From assembly GCA_951406725.2 (NCBI GenBank), contig OX597814.1:221464001-221528000 (forward strand): a DNA stretch of 64,000 nt, given 5' to 3'. Positions 26,399-40,955 of the stretch are shown piece by piece. The stretch's first letter is position 1; every line of letters begins with the position of its first letter. This stretch comes from Octopus vulgaris. Taxonomy: Eukaryota. Under the pieces are notes generated by a model. It was not told the DNA's origin, searched no databases, and saw only the letters and a program-made list of their open reading frames with translations. The position numbers and the translations under genes were made by a program.

Positions 26399-26622
26399 TG
26401 ATCGATCGATCTTATCTATCTATTCTATTTATCTATCTTTCTATCAATGGACCGATTTATCTTTGTATGTGTGTGTGTGCGTGTTCTTGCGTGTGCGCGT
26501 ATGTGCTCGTGTCTTTGTATGTACATATATAAATGTGTGGGTGCGTGTTGATGCGTATGTAGGCATTTATGTATGTATATGTATTTGTATATATATGTAC
26601 GTAAGTATGTATGTATATCTGC

Positions 26623-26745
<123 letters not shown>

Positions 26746-28814
26746 GTGAGTATGTGTGCCTATGTGTATGTATTTGTATGTGTTTGTTTGTGCAATGAAA
26801 AGTTTAAATAATCTCATAGACTCGAAAACGTTAGCTTTTTTGCAGTTGAAAAGAACATTTTTTTTCATTCTCCAGTCGAAAATTTTCCTGCGTATGGAAA
26901 TTTTTTTGTAGTTGATATTAGTTTTATAGTTGTCTTCGACAGTATGTCATATATGTACATGAATATACGCTGTCCATAGAATGTGCGAAGTTATTGAATG
27001 ATTTCCTTTCAATCGATGTACCAAAATTTAGAACATTTATATTAAAATTTTCCAAATATGTAAGCTCTACGTAATATCATTGGTACTAATATGAAAAACG
27101 GATTAACATGTAAATATTTCATTTATCAGATAGTAGTTTAAATTTTCCTCTATAAATGTATGTGAGTGTGTGTGTTAGTTTGCATGTCTTAATATATATA
27201 CATTGTATGTCTCTACGTACCTTCTTTTATATATATACATATATACACACACGAAAAAATATATATGTATATATCTATATTTATATATACATACACACAC
27301 GCACTCATATATATAAACATACATTTATATATAAATATATATATGTATGTATATATATTCTGTGAGCGAGAGAGAGGGTGAACGAGAGATGGAGCGAAGG
27401 AAAGAGTGAGAGAGAGAGAGGGAGAGAGAGAGGGAGAGAGAGAGGGAGAGAGAGAGAGGGAGAGAGAGAGAGAGAGATGAAAAGTGTGTATGTAATAACA
27501 CGTACATAAAGTAAAGTAGAGCGTTTTCCATTTGCTCTGATGTAAGTCGGCAACGTAAAAATCTTTGCTTTAACAAAATTTTTAATATAATATGAAAGGC
27601 AGGTTTCATAAAGAAAGGTACAAATTTTCATTTTGGAAAGTGTATATAAAATATAACTTGAATGTATATCAAAAGTCCTAACTACTCCTAAATGTTATTT
27701 TTGTAACCTAAAAACCCTGTTGCTTTAACTATCTTCGGGAAATCAATTCTAACTATTTACATATATAACCGATAAAACAGTATGGCATTTTGTCATGTAC
27801 GAGTTGAAATTAGCAAATTGACAGACTATTACAAAACGTGTGACTACATTTGCCAGTATTTAGATTAACAGCGTATAACTAAGAGATATTGTGAATAATT
27901 CAAGAATTAATTGACATCTCTATTTTATTGTAATGTTGGTGATCATTGCATGGCTGAGGACAAGGTATTTTAGTCACAGGACTGATTGTTATAAAACAAT
28001 TCCTGGTAATATGGCAGAAGGCCAATCGAATATGTAAGAAATATTTCTGTTATTTCCATTCTCTGTGGACAGGCAAAACTGTGACACTTGTATATAGCTA
28101 CTTGAACGCGCACACGCACTCACACACACAGACACAGACAAGCGCACACACACACACAAACATACACAGGCAATTTCACCCACACACGTACAGCCTTGCA
28201 TGTTCACCCAATTTGATAGATACCATTGATTATTATCCCTCCATTTTCGAGATCTTTCTTCTTGAATGTCCTAAACTTCGAGAGATATTTTCTGGGATAA
28301 GCATCTTGGAAATCAACGTCATCCTGAACGTTAAGAAGTCGCCCCTCTTTCACTACTGCATAATAGATTTAAGGTAACCAATGTTCAGTGTATCTATAGA
28401 AAAGTTAAGCCATGCTGATCTTGCATACCCTGTCACCTTATTTATTCTGGATAGTCTAAGTAATCGTGTACATACTCCCGCAGTTCTGCTCTGTACATGG
28501 CTATCGCTAGTGTCATGGATAATATCAGATAGAATCAAATCATACACACTCTGACTGAGTATAAATGTAACTATCAATATTCCATACAGGTTCTCTCTAC
28601 CAATTTCAATTAAACTCACGGTCATAGTAGCAGATCCTTGCCCAAGATTAGCCGCGTGAAACTTTCTGTGATATGAAAATAATGGTGTAATATAGATCTG
28701 TTAGAGCTTTATCGAGTAGTCGTACCCTAAATCAGGGTTCGGTAAACAGAGGTAAATTACCCCACGTGAGGTAAAAATAAAATTCTTGGCGGTAATGAGA
28801 ACTCATTAGACATC

Positions 28815-28909
<95 letters not shown>

Positions 28910-31774
28910 GAACGTGTTTCTTGTTACAAGAGAAATTTTGCTTCTGGCATAAGGAAGCAGTCAAAAAGTTGCTTTTGCGACAACCTACTTTTGCAACATA
29001 AAAACAAAGCAGAGCAGTCGATTGGATCCCGAAGACTGTATCCAAATTGTTCTGGCATCAAAATACCTCATTTTTTTTTTTATGTAATTGTAAGTAGAAT
29101 GAAACATCATTTCTCCAAAATCTGAAGAAGTGAAAAAGTTTCCAGAAAAATCCTTTTGTTTCCTAATGAGGATATCAATTAATTTTATGGCATTTGTCAT
29201 ATACTTTTTGTATCCTCCATGTAGGTTCAATAAACCTTTTCAGTTCAAAGAATCTATAATTTTCTTCGCTTCAAATCAAGGGGGTTAACGTCGGCGTAAA
29301 TATATGTGTTTTGAGGTAATTGGTTAAAAATCTTCCCCCACCCCGCCTACTAATGAGTAAAACTATAGATATGTTACGTTGTTTGTTTTTTCAAATTTAA
29401 AGCTGTTTTCGTCTTGAAAAAAAAAGCGAAAAATAATAAGCAAAATGTCTCAAGTTAAAAGAATAACAATTGTATAACAAAGAATAAAGGTTTAAAAGAT
29501 GATTTCCTCAAAGACTACACCTTCAAGGCAACCTTTATGAACTTTTAGCCTATCTCACATAACATGTATTTTAGGCAGAAGCACACATAAATCGAATTTT
29601 AAAAGAAATTCTGTATAAACTTCCATCGATCTTTCAGTTTTTTTAAATAACCGGGGTTATTGCTATGGATATTGCTAGCCTCTGTATGTATTGATGATTA
29701 TTAGACTTCCACTATGACACGGTACTTTCTATATTTCCAAAATCTGAATGTACATTATTGGAGCTGTCTAGTTTGCCTGCAGGCTTTAGATATAGAATTT
29801 GTTCTGCTACTTACATGGAAAACGTAAGTTACTCGAAGGTTTTTAAGTTGCTATATTACATGTGAGATCCTATTTTATTTCTTAAACGAATTACCCGAGT
29901 CACTAATTGAAATTTCGTGCAGATCGAAAGACGTGGCGGGAACTGAGTCAACTGACTTGACAATTTTCTCTCATGGACAATCTATTCAAATGAAACGGAA
30001 ATTGCACCAAACTACCTTCTAGAAATCTGAACTGCAAAGCTGTGACTGCAGCGGTCAATCTGACGTAAATAGTTACTATGGTGATTAGAAAAGGCGTGGA
30101 AAACACGCTGACGTTTATAAATACTATACAAAGATAGCTATCTCCTTCACCAGTAATACAAAGACGCTACAGAATATATTTATCAGAAGAAATTGAAATT
30201 GAAAAGATAATGTCCTGAATATAAGTTAACAAATTAGCATGTAAATTAGCAACAATAAAGTAAAAAAGTAAGAAAGACGCAAATAGTCAAGAAAATAAGC
30301 AATAGCGGCTGCGATAAGTTTGTTAGCAGCAACGTGAATGCCATAGAAATAAGTCTCGGTTAAACCTGAATGAAATTATCTAGTCATAATCGCTCGGGAA
30401 ATTGTGATTTGAACACTGTTAACTGTATGCTTGCTGATTCGTAAATCGAAATGGATATTGATTTGATGTTGTATTGTATGATGTGAAGTCGCTGTTCAAG
30501 ATAGGTGTACTCCTCGAATGACGTAGATATAAGATTTTAATTATTCTTGTTGTTATCTATCAGGGCGTCTGTTCCAGCAAATCTACAGCCACACTTTAAA
30601 CCGTGAGCATTTCATATTTTATGGTGTATTTAGGATTACATATTCAAATGAGGTTTTTTGTTTGCTTACTGGTTAGCATGTGATTTGAAAGAGATTTGAC
30701 TGTTTTTTCTTGCAGGAAGCGTTACTACATAGATTTCCACTCATTGGTTTGCGACGATGAATGTCTTTTGAAGTATGGTTCAAAATGTGCTGAGACTCTT
30801 AAGTTAGAAGCAAGTTGAAAACCACTCTCAGTAAATTTAGCAGACATTCAGAAAATGACATTTGCGTTCTCATATTTCAAAATATAGATATGTTTAATGA
30901 TAGGGGAAGAGGTTTGAAAATTGATTGAAACAAATACAGTATAGCCATACATTTGTTTGATATACATGCATGTGATAAATCGATGTGTATGATTGACACC
31001 AAGACTTCACTGGCAGACCTCTTAAATCATTTCAAGTACCATAGATCAAAGATACATTGTGTCAAACATATTCAGATAAAAATAGATTCAAAATATCCAA
31101 GTCTACAGCATTAAATAAAAACAAAAGTAGGACGGATAAGGTTAAGTTAACAAATAAATCTCCTTAAATGCAAAGACATATATATGTATGCATGTATGTA
31201 TTTTAGCAAGTATTTATACACATCGATATATGAATGTGTGAGTTTGTTTGTTTGTGTGTGTGTGTGTTATCTCTATTTGAACTCTACTGGTAGCATGCAT
31301 GCCAGTACAAAACGTGGCCGTGACATTGACAACTAAACCGTCAATCAGGCTATATGCGGGAAACATGTTGCTGGGGTAATAATAACCAGTAAGACAGAAA
31401 CAAAATCTCTAAGGATTGACATAAGCATATTCCAGAAAATAGCCATATAAGATTTGCAACCGTCGTTAAAGACATTCTGATACAGCTGTAAGGTTTCAAG
31501 CGAAGATCTAACAATAGAGTGCTTCACAGATATACTTGAGATAGTAAAAGAGCAAGCTTTAAGGATTGCTGGAACGATGACGAGGAGTCTGGGCGCCTTC
31601 ACCGTGATAGACTAAGGTAACATATCAGCATCTTCTTGTGAGAACATGAACATGGCTAGCAGAATACATCTTGAGACTAAAGCAAAATCTGACGGTCATC
31701 TTTAAGGTAGTGTACAATAGATTGGATTTCCGCCAACCTCTTGCAGCTTGAAGTGACCGTCATTCAGCTTGAGT

Positions 31775-32010
31775 CACTCTGCCACCGGATCTTTCTTCTT
31801 TACAGCGGGCGGGATCGTTTCCATGCCAGGCAAAATGCTTGGAGGCAGTTCGTCCTTTTTAACGTTCTGAGTTGAAATTACGCCGAAGTTGACTTTACCT
31901 TTAGTCCTGTCGAGCTCGATAAAATAAGAACTAATGAGCTGTGAGATTAATGCAATCGACTGACCCGCTTCCACAAAATTGCTGGCCTCGTGCGAAAGTT
32001 TGAAACCAGT
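31775..32010 (-). mobile_element. SINE family B, diverged
   Basis: ACGTTCTGAGTTGAAATTACGCCGAAGTTGACTTTACCTTTAGTCC..CGATAAAATAAG matches the family B body; note this copy reads on the plus strand like 5361-5593, so the strand call is uncertain. Confidence 0.55.
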
Positions 32011-32329
32011 GTTTGGAATCTTTTTTTTTTTGTTCATTTAAAATTTCTGCTTAAGCCAGAATTGCTAACTGTATCTCTGGCAACGTGGGAATAATAATAA
32101 TATACTTTGTTTGGATAGATATTGTGATGTATATTGCTTCTTTCAAATCTAGGTGGTGATATTTTAATTGCTTTTATCATTTGCCGTCAAAATAATATAA
32201 AAGTATTTCAGAAATAGTAATGGAAATAACACTTGAAGACTGAAATTTTAAAATTAGAACGACGTCGCTTGAAGTTGAAATACGAGAGGCACATTAAAGA
32301 GTTTTAGAACTAAGACAGCAATTTCGAAA

Positions 32330-32650
32330 GAGCGTGTAGCCCTATTCCCTTGACTTCAATTCTTGGCGTACTTATTTTATAGAGCGCCCGGCGGAATTTG
32401 AACGCAGAACGTAAAGTATCGGAAGTAATGCCACTGAACATCTTGTCTTACCGACTAAAAATTCTGCAAGACCATCGATTTCGGGAGAGGGGCTAAGTTG
32501 ATTACATCGACTGGTACTTATTTTATCGACCCCGAAGTAAAGCATCAGACGTAAAGCCGACCCTAGGAGAATTTGAACTCAGAATACAAATACGGACGAA
32601 ACGCCTCTAAGAATTTTGCCCGGGGTACTAAAGATTTCGTCAGCTTCCTG
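32330..32650 (-). mobile_element. Two adjacent degenerate SINE family B copies
   Basis: TACTTATTTTAT..GGCGGAATTTGAACGCAGAACGTAAAG and TACTTATTTTATCGACCCCGAA..GAATTTGAACTCAGAA. Confidence 0.7.
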
Positions 32651-33777
32651 CCTCGAGAGCAACGGAATAATAACAGCAAAATAATCACACCACTATTACA
32701 CCCACTAATGCCGCCACCACCTCTACCACACCGCCACCACCAACACCACCACCACCACTACCACTACGCCCGTGCTGCTCTACACTATCTTTATGGTTGT
32801 AAAACGAGAGAGCCTGATTTTCAATGATGTGTAATGTCTCGGCAAGTACCCCATACAGGTGACTGTTGCCATATATATTAGACGAGCTATGAATGATCAT
32901 TTCAATTAATTCTACAGGTGAGCGTCAACTCTGATTTGCGAATAGTTTTGCCTCCGCTGCCAATTGTGGTCCAATTTATACTTCCTGCTTATTAAAAGAA
33001 AAGAAATTCATGTGAAGCGTCCAATTTGCGGAAATACTACCTTTCTTTCTACAATCATAATCTGAACAACACATTTGGCGTATGTTCTAGCAGTATATCT
33101 GTTTCTGATGTTATAGATTTGCTTACTTTTATGTCATAAACAAGCAGTGTATATAGTAGGACTTCTTGTGAATGGGAAATGTTTTGAGCAACACCATTCA
33201 CTACCTTCGTAAATTTTGTCACTAAAGCTGCGTAGCTCAAGAGGTTGGTGCTATCATACAGAAAATGTCTTTAAAAATTAGAATGGAAAAACATTGATTG
33301 AGCTATAAGTATGCACTTGTAGTTCAGTGGCAGCAACCGGAAGATCATACATGCTCTAGGTATTCGTGACTTGCATTTAACTGCATAATTTATTAATGAG
33401 CCTTTGAGGGCAGTGTTAGCTCTAGAAAGAACGCATTTTTTTTTATTACTACATGCCGAATGTCAGTTTGTTCTTTTACAGAAGCTGTTACATGGTAAAT
33501 AATTATAGTATATAGCAAAATTGTAAACACGCATGCATGTAAATTCGGAGATTACTTAGCACACATACGCACACCGGGCACACATACACCGGATACACAC
33601 ACGCGCGCGCGCACACGCATACGCATGCTCACACACGCATACACATATCTATGTGTGTGTGTGTTGTGTTTGTATGTGTGCGTGCGTGTGTATACACATA
33701 CACTCACACACATATCTATATACATACACACACATATATATATGTATATGTATTCGTATATACATATATATACACAC

Positions 33778-33860
<83 letters not shown>

Positions 33861-33884
33861 TATACAGACATACATACATACCAA

Positions 33885-34310
33885 CAAGCACACATAATTT
33901 CCACATAAATAGTGACGTACCCCGCCCCTTTCTAAAACGGAATGAAGGTGGTAGAGGCTTAATATCGATCCAAAATATCTTTGAATGTCGTATAATGTCG
34001 CTTCGGCGACATCTCTTAGCCACCAAGTGTCGAAGTGCATCCTTCGTCGAAGATTGCGTACGTGAGACTGATAATAGGATAATATTTAGAAGGCAGCCAC
34101 TTGAGCAACATTCCTTGTCTGATAACCCTGAATACATGCCCAAAGAAGTCCCATGACTCTACCGCAATGTATCATCAGATGAAAGGATGAACCTATGTGA
34201 GCAGAAAACTGTGCATGGATATGCTGGCAGAAAGTTCCAAGATGATAGTAATATTGACCAATATAGCAGTCTATCATGGACCAATAGCCGGATTACTACC
34301 TCCCATACAT
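33885..34310 (+). mobile_element. R4/Dong-like (RLE-type) LINE internal fragment
   Basis: [40 protein letters not shown] matches the H..SD..RLY..R..GGRGL motif; downstream QKTVHGY. Confidence 0.7.
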
Positions 34311-34373
34311 AAAATATAACATACAAATTTGAACATATACATACATACATACATACATACATACATACATACA

Positions 34374-34785
34374 TTATGGCTTCCCCCTCGTTATCGAGTA
34401 TGGCCATTGCACGAAGCTTAACTGTTACTGGTGCTGTGATCGAATGTGACTTCTTAGCCCAACTAAAGATCTACAATGTCCTGTGCAAAATTGGCAACTA
34501 AAATCTTTACTGGTAATAGCCGGCTGTAGTTGTAACTGGGCTCCATGTACCTTTGCATGTCGTTTAAGTCCTCCTGCCGAATTACACTCTCTTCCACATG
34601 CCCGACAGATATGATTAGTATGGTGTGTTACACTACCACCAGTGGCCAGGTTGTCACTCATCTGTCTCGTTTTATGACTACGAAGATGACTCATGAATCC
34701 AGCTTTACTGAGGCAGGGTCTTGCACAGACATTGCATGTCAGAATCAAAGGAAGACTCTTCCCTTCTGGAAGTGTAACAGCCGTG
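34374..34785 (-). mobile_element. RTE-like LINE 3' end encoding three C2H2 zinc fingers
   Basis: CNVCARPCLSKAGFMSHLRSH, CRACGRECNSAGGLKRHAKVH, CQFCTGHCRSLVGLRSHIRSQH, stop, then AATGGCCATACTCGATAACGAGGGGAAGCC and an (ATGT)n tail. Confidence 0.75.
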
Positions 34786-36685
34786 CATACACATATATAC
34801 ATACATACATACTTACATATATACATACAAACTAACAAAAATACCCTGCTGTCGATGTTGAAATTCTAATGAAGGATCTAGGTTAGAAACGAGTCTTTAT
34901 CGGCAAGAAATTTTAACATAAAACCGAACAATGACATACATATATATAGATATAAAATTCAGATATGATTTTTGTTCGTTTTTGTTTGTGGTGGAAAATT
35001 GAAAATACGTTCCGCAGACTTTAATCATATAACCATTTGCTGTATATCCGTTTATTTCATTTTTCCAGTTCTTTGATATCCTTTGGAAAAATCACACACC
35101 ATTGCCTGTCTCTGTTAAGTTCCGATTAAATTTGTGACAAATATTCTTAGGTACTGAATTTACAGGATCAATAGAGCATTGAAAAGAGTCAATGGCCGTA
35201 TATATTGTGGCTCATCCGGATTTTAAAGTCACCGCAGTTAATTTTACTTTTCATTCTTTTGGAATGGAGTAGCTGTTAAGTACTGGAGTTGATAGTACCC
35301 GATAATTTCCTTCCTTCAAAAACTGATGGTGTTTTGCGTAGATTATCATTATTGCTAATTATGCCATTAGTATCTATGTCATTAACATTTATGTTATTCT
35401 CAGCATAATGTTTCGAGTTTTATATTGTTTCATCCCTGACCAGACCTCTTCAAACACTAATGTTCAAAATCGTTTCAACTAAAACTATCTCATCGATTTC
35501 CCCCTTTTGTTTTGAGGTATGATAAATTTATTTTGACGTCATTCACTGTGTCTTTACAGTTTTAAATAGGTTGAATGTAAATTGGGAAAGATTCAGTTGT
35601 TATTTATTCCAGATGGAGTAATCACGTAGATAGATGGTTAATATTGTTATGCTTTTGTAAAGTAAACAAAGAATTTGGTGAGTAACTAAATGGCTTCTGA
35701 CCGTCACTTACGTCCCTTTATCATCGGAATTCAAATCTACTCCGCCCAGCTTTGCGCTTCAGCCATATAACGTCGATTACGTTCCAGTCATCTACTCTGA
35801 CGCTCCCTAGAAATGTGTAACTTTGTAGCAATGTAGGTAGGATTATTGTTCTCATCACCAATACCACAACCACCTACACCACCATCATTCTTTTAAACAG
35901 CGTTGTTATCGCTGTCATTGTCCTCATCATCGGCATCATCATCATCATCATCATTATCAGCAGCAGCAGCAGTAGCAGCGGCGATGGCGGCAGCAGTGGC
36001 GTTAATGTTCTTGTTGTTGTTGTTGTTGTTGTAGTTGATGAGTGAGTGTCTCATTAGTTTTGGACAGCAAATTGAAATAAACGAAACTCAATATTTTATG
36101 AAAATAAAAAGAAGAAAACAAAAAAAGAAAATAAACGGAAAAAGAATCTCAATATACTTTTTGAAAAATAAAAAAATTAAAAATATACATACATAATAAA
36201 CACATAGAACTAGTATTTTAAAATATAAAAAATCTAACAGAACCTCCCATCGCAGAAAACTAAAATTTAATCAAATCAATACATTATATAAATATCAAAA
36301 AAAAAAAAAAGAGAACAGAAATAAAGATTATTCTGTGAATCATTTGAAAAGTAGTATTTAAGAACTGAACAAAAAATAAACGAAAAAATATAACTAATTA
36401 AGAAATGCTTAGATTGAATTGCAACCACTGTCAATATATTTTGAATTGCATCATCTATTGACAGTTTTACAATTAACAGAGAAACAACGACCCAAGTTCT
36501 GAATTTGTTGTTAATGATGTGTTTATCTAAACTACTTGAAACTTCAATGATAAATTCAAAAGGTAATTATTCAGTGTTTGTTGTTATTATTGTAGTTCTT
36601 TAGTCCCAGTTTCGTCTTGATCGAGCAAAACTATACTCAAAAACGAAGACGTTCAAGACGTGAAGATAAAGCTTTTATTTATACA

Positions 36686-37079
36686 CTAGCAGTACCACCC
36701 GGCGTTGCTCGGGTTTGTAAGGGAAATAACTATATAAGCATTTTTAGAGATGTAAAGTATAATAGCCATCTCAATATGGCTAACTACAAAGGGGGGGAGT
36801 TACTGTAGCTTTTTACGTTCTGAGATTTAATACTACATTTTTAGAGAGTTACTTCCCTTATATATGCCAAAAATGCATTAAAAATGGGAACAATTGATGG
36901 TAATTTTTTTTAAATCGTAGACTCATCGTAGACGCGCGCTAATACCCAGAAGGGCTCGATATGAATCACGACTATAAGATACCCGGTTTTGGTTAATCTG
37001 CACCGCAAAATGTGGGAGTAGTTAGGAATCTAAATCGTAGGAGACAGACAGCGCACAACCTTACTTTTATATATAAAGA
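36686..37079 (-). mobile_element. Non-autonomous Helitron
   Basis: CTAGCAGTACCACCCGGCGTTGCTCGGGTTTGTAAGGGAAATAACTATA shared with 15945; other end TATATAAAGA|T. Confidence 0.75.
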
Positions 37080-37394
37080 TTTTCATTTACTGTGTATCTA
37101 GGAGTATATCATTCAAGGTGACTTTCTTTTCTTTAAAAGAGCAGATTGTAAAGTGAATATTTCGCTGCTATTTCTAGAAGGGGAAAACAACCACACAAAG
37201 GTCTCCTGTTTGGTTCGGAACTTGATTGCTATACTCAATAGTGCACTGGTGTTTTTAGAGGTGTCCAAGTAGCTGTTGTTTGGAAATAAATCATAACTAA
37301 TCAAGCAGAACCATGATTAGATGTATTCTCAACGAGAGAATAAGCTCTTTTTTGTGGTTTAAGGATGATGATATATCTCTGATGGCTAGATATA

Positions 37395-37732
37395 CTTGTT
37401 AGATATTAAGAGCAGTAAATAAAGTAGGTTGGGCCAACCATATATTCTACGGAAACCCGTTTCTAACTTTACAAGGCAAGGCAACTGATGGATACACCAA
37501 CGGAGGCGGAAGCTTGGCAAACTAAAAGGTTTACAGAAACGGAAGCATTGATGTAAACTGCAATACAAAGATAAAGACAGATGGGTATCTCTTGTTGGCG
37601 TTCTATACTCTCCTTGGAGGAGGAGGAGGAGGAGGAGGAGGAGAAGAAGAAGACGAAGAAGAAGAAGAAGAAGAAGAAGAAGAAGAAGAAGAAGAAGAAG
37701 AAGAAGAAGAAGAAGAAGAAGAAGAAGAAGAA
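37395..37732 (+). mobile_element. Degenerate RTE-type LINE 3' end with (GGA)n(GAA)n tail
   Basis: WANHILRK..RRKLGK..DKDRWVSLVGVLYS resembles an RTE C-terminus. Confidence 0.45.
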
Positions 37733-38622
37733 GGCTTAGGTAAATGTGTTGGTTGTGAACTGTAGGGAAAATACATTGGCCAAGTTAATACCATCACCTG
37801 GGTCTTGTGACTTCTTAGCAGAATTCATTGCAAGTATTTAAACTAGGTCTCCTCCTTTTTCAGGACATCAAGTTCTCTTCGCGGTTAGCTCCAATCTCAC
37901 TGATCCATACGAGCACTGATTCCCGCTCTCTCACCAAACCACGAAAAATAAATACGTCAATATTTCATTGCGCTGCAATAATCAGGAGTGGAAATTCGGT
38001 TTCACGTTTCATAAATTATAAGTAGCATAAGATGATCCCGTGTCTTACGGAGCTATACTCTGCTTCGCATTCTAATGAAAGCACAATCGTTAATTTTAAA
38101 ACATTATTATGGCTTACAGTATTGAAAATTTGAACTTCATCATTTGATAGCTAAGCTTTGAGAAATAAATAGACAAAAGCAAATGTTTTGGTACATGAAG
38201 CGTCTAAAATTTTATGTATATCACATGTTCGTTCATGACTTTATTCTTTAAATAATTTCTGTTAATGGATTTAAAGTTGTATTGTCTCTTTTTATTCTGT
38301 ATTTTGTTAGTCAATGACAACAATTCCGTACTTTGATGCTTATTTTATAGAAATGAACTCGCAAGGAAACAAAGTTGAGTCCAAATTTGATGGAAAGAAA
38401 TATTATATTGATACATCAATAAATTTCCAAGATATAATTCTTTGAAGCAGAGATTTTATTCATACTACGACCACAAATTGACATACAAAGAAACGCGTGA
38501 ACACGCACGCACACATACACATATGCGCGAACATCCAAACACACAAACACGTGCGCTGAAACTTCGATGTTAGTGGCATAAATATTCGATTCGCTGCAAT
38601 GAATCTTTTATTCAGTCTTTCG

Positions 38623-38707
<85 letters not shown>

Positions 38708-38828
38708 GTATCTATCTGTCTATCTACCATTTATCAATCTATTATCTATCAGACTTTGTTTCCCTCTTCCTCTCTCTCTCTCTCATTGTTTGTATACACA
38801 CACACACACATATATATACATATATATA

Positions 38829-39570
38829 TCGGCCTGAGTGAAAAGTAAGCAACGTTTTGAAACCTGAAATTCATCACAATATATTTCAGTAATGCGGAAG
38901 TTTTATTCATCAAAAGTAAGTACCATTACAATCAACACAAGTTTGCCAATGAGTTACAAATTTGTTTATTCTGGTAATATAGAAATCTGGAGGGGCACAG
39001 CTATGTAAACATTTGAACGCACTTTCAGCATCAGTTTGAGTTTTAGACCCGTCTCGCAGTAAACCATCAAGGTGCTTAAAAAAGTAGGAGAAAGGCCTGG
39101 GGAATAATCTGGGTGGGGAAGAACTTCATAGCCACCATAAACTTCTTTTTGAAAATCTCGGGTTTAGGGAAGGTTTTCGGAGCTTCGTTTTAGTCCAACT
39201 GCTGCAAAGAAAGTTTTTATAATTGTACAGAATCTACTTTTCATCGCAAGTTACCATACGGTCGAGAAATGGATCGGTCTGGCTATGGAGAAGAAGCGAC
39301 GAGCAAATTTCATATCTGCACATATTCTGATTTTAATTCAATTCGTGTGGTACACATTTGTTAAGACTTTTTTGATTTTCCGATCGCATGCAAATGTGTG
39401 CAGGCAGTTTTCTGGCTAACTTCAAGTGATTTTACGTGAATCTTTCTCAATGACGGTCCTTAATTGATCGTCATCGATGACACATGGGCGTCCACTACGC
39501 TCACGATCATCAAGGCTCAGGTCTTCATTGCTAAATCGTTAAAACTATTTTCGAGCACACCACTCCTGCT
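38829..39570 (-). mobile_element. Mariner remnant, internally deleted
   Basis: Minus strand encodes DRMVTCDEK.ILYN and YFFKHLDG..PDFYITRINKFVTHWQTCVDCNGTYF; TIR-like end next to TA at about 38829. Confidence 0.8.
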
Positions 39571-39805
39571 TTTTTCCAAGGAATCCAATGCTCTTAGCTT
39601 AGTTTTTCCTTGGGGCTGGCCAGATTAGAGCAATCTGAAGAATAATCAGCCGAAATTGTGAGGATGATCTGGTGCTTGACTGAAGAAAGATAACTTCGAA
39701 TGGCCAGTCCTTGTTTTCTTTTTATCTTCTATCTGAACGTTTTGTTGTCCCTTTTTGGATCACCTAGCTGTACGGATGTTTTGCGTTCTTGTCCCATTTT
39801 GTATT
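39570..39805 (+). repeat. Second copy of the 6800-7190 repeat family
   Basis: Aligns by eye to the reverse complement of 6810-6995; truncates the mariner; ends in TA repeats. Confidence 0.7.
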
Positions 39806-40043
39806 ATATATATGTATATATATATATATGTATATAGCAGTGTATGTACACTTTGTTCTCTTACATATATATAAATATATATATATATATGTGTGTGTGT
39901 ATATATATATACATTTAATTAAATATAGTCATTGTCGGTCTACGGAGTTACCTGGATTTTATCTTTATCAAAATACTCTACGGCTCTATAACTTGGTCTA
40001 TTTCTCTTTCGGGTTTATGATTTACTGACAATATATATATATA

Positions 40044-40228
40044 CTCTTTTACTCTTTTACTTGTTTCAGTCATTTGACTGCGGCCATGCTGGAGCACCGC
40101 CTTTAGTCGAGCAAATCGGCCCCGGGTCTTATTCTATCAGTCTCTTTTGCCGAACCGCTATGTGACGGGGACGTAAACACACCAGCATCGGTTGTCAAGC
40201 AATGCTAGCGGAACAAACACACACACAT

Positions 40229-40261
<33 letters not shown>

Positions 40262-40426
40262 CATATATACGACAGCCTTCTTTCAGTTTCCGTCTACCAA
40301 ATCCCCTCACAAGGCATTGGTCGGCCCGGAGCTATAGCAGGAGACACTTGACCTAGATGCCACGCAGTGGGACTGAACCGGGAACCGTGTGGTTGGTTAG
40401 CAAGCTACTTACCACACAGCCACTCC
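40044..40426 (-). mobile_element. SINE family A
   Basis: Near full-length homologue of 8353-8761. Confidence 0.9.
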
Positions 40427-40909
40427 ATATAAATGTATGATTCAGGGATCGGGATGTAGGGAGAAATTTTTGCGTTAAGTAATCCGTAAAAAATAAAAAA
40501 AAAAACTTTTAGGGACAATGGTTTATTGAGACGGAAGGTTGTGGATTTTTCGTATCGAAGAACGATAAGCTGAAAGTTCATTTTATATTCCACGGTAGGC
40601 GGCCATGTTTGCGGGGTGTGCTGTTCCTTTTACTAAATTCTGTGACCCAGCCAAAACAGCTCTATTATTCTAATACCAGTCAACTGACCTTGCTTAAAAT
40701 CCTCCTTCCTCCCACTTCCATATATTTTCTCCTCTTATTCAAATACACATTTCTTCCTATATTTATATACCACTCCCATACGCTACTTACCACACATTCT
40801 GATTGAAACTTTCATGCCTCAACAAGTACACCCTTACCACAATGTAACCTCTGATTCAATCAAGATATCTTTGGCCTGAAGAGTAGCCGGCTGTATACAC
40901 CACGTTTGG

Positions 40910-40955
<46 letters not shown>

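Noticed and set aside
28733-29350. Possible hAT transposon remnant
   Set aside because: Termini and coding similarity too weak; no TSD identified
39600-39710. CTGAAGA..GAAA motifs in the 6.9/39.6 kb repeat family as hammerheads
   Set aside because: No consistent stems II and III, and the cores differ in the other copy (CTCAAGA, CTAAAGA)
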